DNA of 64,000 nucleotides from Veleropilina oligotropha (Eukaryota): NCBI GenBank assembly GCA_048128005.1, contig JBEUKZ010000084.1, positions 186,001 to 250,000 of the forward strand, read 5' to 3'. Shown piece by piece: positions 59,747 to 64,000 of this stretch (position 1 is its first letter; each line of letters starts with the position of its first letter). The notes under the pieces were generated by a model. It saw only the letters and a program-made list of their open reading frames with translations, ran no database searches and was not told where the DNA came from. The position numbers and the translations under genes were made by a program.

Positions 59747-60090
59747 GCAGCATATATGGGACCCTGCTCGCAGATGAGCCTTCAGCGACCCAGTGGCACT
59801 CTGTTCTTAGTTGTGGGGAAGCGCCCAAGAAAGGGCTGGCGAAGAGGGAGTTCATGATTCCAAACGCTGGAGGTCGGTTTGGGTTGAACCCAGCCCTTCT
59901 AATGATCCACGTGACCCCGGTCCAGCCGGCCGGGGGAGCCCCCAAAGCGTGTTCCATAAATAGCCTTGGCCTGGATTCGGACAAGTTGTCCCTCGCCTTC
60001 ACCATCAAGGCCCCGTGGGTGGGCACCCTGTATTTGAACGTTACGGTAGACATTCGGAATCAACAGGCTGAACAGTACAGCCACGTGTAA
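59743..60090 (+). CDS. Hypothetical 115-aa viral protein, copy B
   Basis: Intact in both copies, high protein similarity. Confidence 0.78.
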   Translation: MSSIYGTLLADEPSATQWHSVLSCGEAPKKGLAKREFMIPNAGGRFGLNPALLMIHVTPVQPAGGAPKACSINSLGLDSDKLSLAFTIKAPWVGTLYLNVTVDIRNQQAEQYSHV

Positions 60091-60722
60091 TGGACAAGCC
60101 ATCAGCGCCAACGCTGTACCCACAGCTTGGTGGCGATGTGCCTTCGGAACTGCCGGAGGCACAGTCTTTCCGACTACAGAAAGTGAATGAGCTTCAGGGA
60201 CAGCTAGAAAGAGAGAGGGACACACGGGCTGCCCTATACAAGAAGTACCGCCGAGGCGTTAATGTCATTGATGGAATTGATTCGGGCCTTGTCGTTGCCA
60301 CCCTTGGTATGGGTAGCGCCGGCATTGGTCTACTGTCCACAATCGTTGCCGCACCTGTAGTTCTAGTGCTGGAATTAGCGGCGTTGGGGTGTGGGCTCGC
60401 GAGCATGGGTGGAAAATACATTAGCCGGCGTCTCCAGGTTAAGGCTAAAAAGCACGACGAGATTCGAGTACTGGCCGAAAGCAAATTGAACACCATAACC
60501 GACCACGTCTCAAAGGCCTTAGCGGACGGGGCGATGTCTGATGATGAATTCCAACTGGTCACAGGGGAGATGGAAAAATATCGGACAATGAAGGCCACCC
60601 TGCGTCTCAAGAGTACAAAGGCGCACACCGCGGTTTCACAGACCCAAAGCGAGCTAATTGAGCGTGGTCGTAAAGAGGGACGCACCGAGCTACTGAAAAA
60701 AATCGGAGTCAGTGGCGACTAA
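60090..60722 (+). CDS. 210-aa coiled-coil/TM-hairpin protein with N-terminal PSAP + LYPQL motifs
   Basis: MDKPSAPTLYPQL, coiled coil, long Gly/Ala-rich hydrophobic hairpin, KAKKHDEI...SKLNTI region. Confidence 0.85.
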   Translation: MDKPSAPTLYPQLGGDVPSELPEAQSFRLQKVNELQGQLERERDTRAALYKKYRRGVNVIDGIDSGLVVATLGMGSAGIGLLSTIVAAPVVLVLELAALGCGLASMGGKYISRRLQVKAKKHDEIRVLAESKLNTITDHVSKALADGAMSDDEFQLVTGEMEKYRTMKATLRLKSTKAHTAVSQTQSELIERGRKEGRTELLKKIGVSGD

Positions 60723-60802
60723 CTATCCAGGTTGAGCATAGCCACGACTACCCCCCTCCCCCGTATTAAAGATAGAACTCAGACAGTGATATCTGGACAA
60801 CC

Positions 60803-61233
60803 ATGAAATCCATGCTACTTCTGTGCATTGCCGCGGTGTGCTGGCTAGGGGGTGTCTCCACCCAGACGTCGACACACAACACTGCATTAATTCTCAAACA
60901 CACGTGGGCTAGGTACCGCAACGACCCCGGTACAATATAAGGCACGACCCCTTGCGTAGAAACTTGCTACTACGCCCGGGAGACCCCACCCCTGAGGTAA
61001 CCCCACCCTCATGTCACTACTTTATTATCGGAGAGAATGAGTGTGGGGTGGGGGCTCCCCCCGACCCAAATACTGTGGTCTGCATCGAATGCGCTGAGCC
61101 GTCCTTATGCCGTGGTAAACGCGGGCATTACTTCTCAATGGTATCTACCGGCTGCAGGGGTTCGTGGAATCAGATAGGGCACCTTTCGCCATGCAATTGC
61201 ACACTGGCCAGCGGTAACTATATATTTATATAA
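60803..61233 (+). pseudogene. Secreted cysteine-rich small protein, copy B (frameshift in C-run near 60925)
   Basis: Signal-peptide-like MKSMLLLCIAAVCWLGGVST; one added C joins it to the Cys-rich ORF 60952..61233. Confidence 0.7.
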
Positions 61234-61816
61234 ACAGCTGCTTGGGAATTCCCTGCCTTACAATATTTTTCAGGCTTTCCCAGTGTTATATTAATAGCCG
61301 TTAGGCTGTCTATTGTTGACTATCCAGTACAGCCTATTCATAGCGTTTCGCTTCGCGTATCTCAGGGATTCCCTGCCCGCAATGACTTGAAACCATGAAA
61401 CAATAGACGCCTATAGCCTAATGGGTTTCTCAGCGGGTATGAATAGTAGCGCGACGAGGTATTTCTAAAGCCCCGGCTATTGTTCATTGTTTACTCTCGC
61501 TGGCTGGCTGACCCAGTTAAAAATAGATTTTGTCTAACGCATTTCTCGTAGCACAGAAGTTGCAAGCTGTCGGATACGTATTTAGCTTTTGGTGACCCAG
61601 TAAAAAATGATTTTGGCCCAGTTAAAAGATTTTGGTCCCCAAACTTCCGGTTAGCACAGAAAAAATGTTTCGGTCCCCTTGTTTACGTGGTGGACAGTAT
61701 TCTTGTGGAGTCATCGTCACGTGGCTTCTCGATAACGGGAGCACTAGGTCAGCCACAGGCTATGAATACACCAGGCAGTAACAAAGGAGTTCTCGGCACG
61801 GATACAAACATACGCC

Positions 61817-62040
61817 TGCCCGGCTAGGGTAGTGGGCCGCTGTACACACGGTGACTTTTTGTAATACAATCCCTACCCTCGGTCCCGAAATAGGATGCTC
61901 TAGTCCCCCTCCCTCCCCGGATTCTACTAAATGCCCTAGGGGTATATATTACGAGCCCCCTCAGCTCGGAAATAGGGCTGGGAACCTCCCCGGTCGCCCG
62001 GCCCCCCCTAACCGAGTTCAAAACCCCCTAGCCCCCCCCC
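61817..62040. repeat. Right TIR of copy B (224 bp)
   Basis: Inverted copy of 46779-47032 ending in (C)9. Confidence 0.95.
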
Positions 62041-62045
62041 AAAGA

Positions 62046-64000
62046 TCATGCTTAACCAACTTACTGGAATGTTTTGAAGATGTAACAACTGCAATCGACA
62101 CGAGCAAACCAGTTGATATAATATATCTTGATTTTCAAAAGGCATTCGATAAAGTACCACATAAGACTATTACAAAAATTAAGTAATCATGGAATAAAAG
62201 GCCCAATACTAAATTGGATACGTATGTGGCTAGAAAACAGACAAGTGTGGGAGCCACACATTATCCAATCGAGTTTGTCGTAATTGATGGAGTGGACATG
62301 TTTAAGTTGATAAAAGGGAATAACTGCGCACGTACTTGGCGAAATTTTAGCAAAATTTAACATGACCCCTGTTTTATTTGCAACACAGTCACAAGATGCG
62401 AACAATATCTGATATGCGAGGTTATGAAGATAATTGACGGAAACAAATATTTGTCGGAAAAGGGAAATTTTATGTCGAAAACGGGGGATAACTGTGCAAA
62501 TACTCGGCGGAATAATCTGAAATTCAATAGCAACCTAGTATATGTCCCAATAAACCTGCATACCAAATTTGAATTCCCTAGCTGTTACGCTTTTCCTTAT
62601 ATGATGTTCACGTCGCCCGAAAAGGAAAGTTTGTCGAAAAGGGGGGGATAACTGTGCCAATATTCGGCGGAATAATATGCAATTCAATAGCAACCTAGGT
62701 TATGTCCCAATAAACCTGCATACCAAATTTGAATTCCCTAGCTGTTATGCTTTTCCTGATATCCTGTTCATGTCGTCCGAAACGGAAATATTGTCGAAAA
62801 GGGGGGATAACTGTGCAAATATTTGGCAGAATAATCTGATATTCAATAGCAACCTAGTTTATGTCCCAATAAACCTGCATACCAAATTTGAATTCCCTAG
62901 CTATTATGTTTTTTCTGATATCCTGTTCACGTCATCCAAAACGAAAATTTTGTCCAAAAGGGGGATAACTGTGGAAATATTTGGCGGAATACTCTGAAAT
63001 TCAATAGCAACCTATAGTTTATGTCTCAATAAACCTGCATACCAAATTTGAATTCCCTAGCTGGTACGGTTTTCCAGATATCCTGTTCACGTCGTCCGAA
63101 ACGGAACTTTTATGTCGAATAAGGGGGATAACTGTGCAAATATTTGGCTGAATAATCTGAAATTCAATAGCAACCTAGTTTATGTCCCAATAAACTTGCA
63201 TACCAAATTTGAATTCCCTAGCTGGTACAGTTTTCCTGATATCGTGTTCGTCGTCCATACGGACTGGCGGACGGACTACGTGACGACATAATCCCATCGT
63301 TTTTTCAAAACCGATGGGATAAAAACAGAGGGTTGTAAAAAATGGGATTAAGTCAAAGTGGGAGCCGGTATTAAGTGGAGTACCACAAGGTTCTGTTTTG
63401 GGCCCTTTGTTGTTTCTCATATATTTAAATGACATCGATGACGTCATTACATCTCTAGTAAAAAAGTTCGCTGACGATACCAAATTGTATAGAATTATCG
63501 AATCTGAAGAAGATGCAAACAAACTTCAAAGTGACTTAAATAATGTGGTAAAGTGGTCTGTCAGGATTGGCAAATGCTTTTCAACACCAGTAAATGTAAA
63601 GTAATGCATGTCGGTTATAACAACAACAGCTATAATTATGAAATGGCTTCGGAAACTTATGGGTAGACAAGACATCCAAACCATCTAATCAATGTGCAGA
63701 ATCAGCCAAAAAGGGAAATCAAATATTGGTAATGATAAAGAGAAACTTTAATTTTAAATTCAAAGCCATTATAACACGCCTTTACAAGCAAATGGTTAGG
63801 CCGCATTTAGAATATGCAGTACAAGCATGGTGTCCATATCTTGCAAAGGATATCAAAATTTTAGAGCAAGTCCAAAGAAGATCGAGCCACGAAATTGATA
63901 GGTGAGTTGAGGGAATTACCATACGAGGACAGACTAAGAGCATCAATCTCACAACATTATCTTTGATAAGGGGTGATATGATTCAGGTTTTTAAAATGTT
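62046..64000 (+). mobile_element. CR1-clade LINE ORF2, 3' part (decayed), interrupted by a Helentron-like element
   Basis: SCLTNLL, YLDFQKAFDKVPH, SGVPQGSVLGPLLFLIYLND, KFADDTK, VRPHLEYAVQAW and RGDMIQVFK motifs. Confidence 0.9.
62241..63323 (-). mobile_element. Helentron/DINE-like non-autonomous element with about 5 tandem units of about 160 bp
   Basis: Minus strand begins TTTTATCCCATCG...CGATGGGAT (IR), then a GTCC microsatellite, and ends in hairpin GTGTGGCTCCCACAC + TTGT. Unit marker ATAACTGTG at 62488, 62648, 62807, 62965, 63128. Splits the CR1 frame WLENR|KQRVV. Confidence 0.78.

Larger units (their letters stand above)
46779..62040. mobile_element. Complete endogenous Polinton/adintovirus-like dsDNA virus element, copy B (15,262 bp)
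   Basis: TIRs 46779-47032 and 61817-62040; TSD AAAGA at 46774-46778 and 62041-62045; removal restores the CR1 frame QHGFMEKR|SCLTNLLECFEDV; encodes integrase, packaging ATPase, capsid-like proteins and a helicase. Confidence 0.95.

Noticed and set aside
46779..62040. Bacterial or phage contamination, or chimeric assembly
   Set aside because: The exact TSD and restoration of the host CR1 reading frame show a genuine integration; a second related copy also joins host DNA.
62480..63250. Regular repeat array that might suggest CRISPR
   Set aside because: Whole units of about 160 bp are repeated with no unique spacers, there are no cas genes, and the context is eukaryotic; it is a satellite inside a Helentron-like element.

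Overview
Eukaryotic (animal, probably invertebrate) genomic DNA with AT-rich introns and many transposon relics. The main content is two related, GC-rich, intronless endogenous dsDNA virus-like elements of the Polinton/Maverick/adintovirus type. Copy B is complete (46779-62040, about 15.3 kb), has 224-254 bp TIRs with poly-G/poly-C ends and a 5-bp TSD (AAAGA), and sits inside a CR1 LINE. Copy A is a diverged relative whose right half occupies 1-7169. Copy B encodes a DDE (rve) integrase, a packaging ATPase, probable major and minor jelly-roll capsid proteins, many small membrane proteins (one with tandem PSAP + LYPxL motifs) and a secreted Cys-rich protein. In place of a canonical pPolB plus adenain protease it has one large, frameshifted fusion ORF: vOTU-like domain, degenerate PolB palm, SF1 helicase, HNH-like Zn finger. 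Two convergent host genes lie between the elements: an 8-exon ALDH9A1-like gene (+) with deviant NAD-binding motifs, and a 12-exon SLC7 light-chain amino-acid transporter (-) frameshifted by a perfect 35-bp tandem duplication. The rest is Tc1, Helitron/Helentron, MITE, SINE, L2, RTE, Penelope and CR1 remnants. All protein-family calls come from motif recognition by eye; no database search was run.
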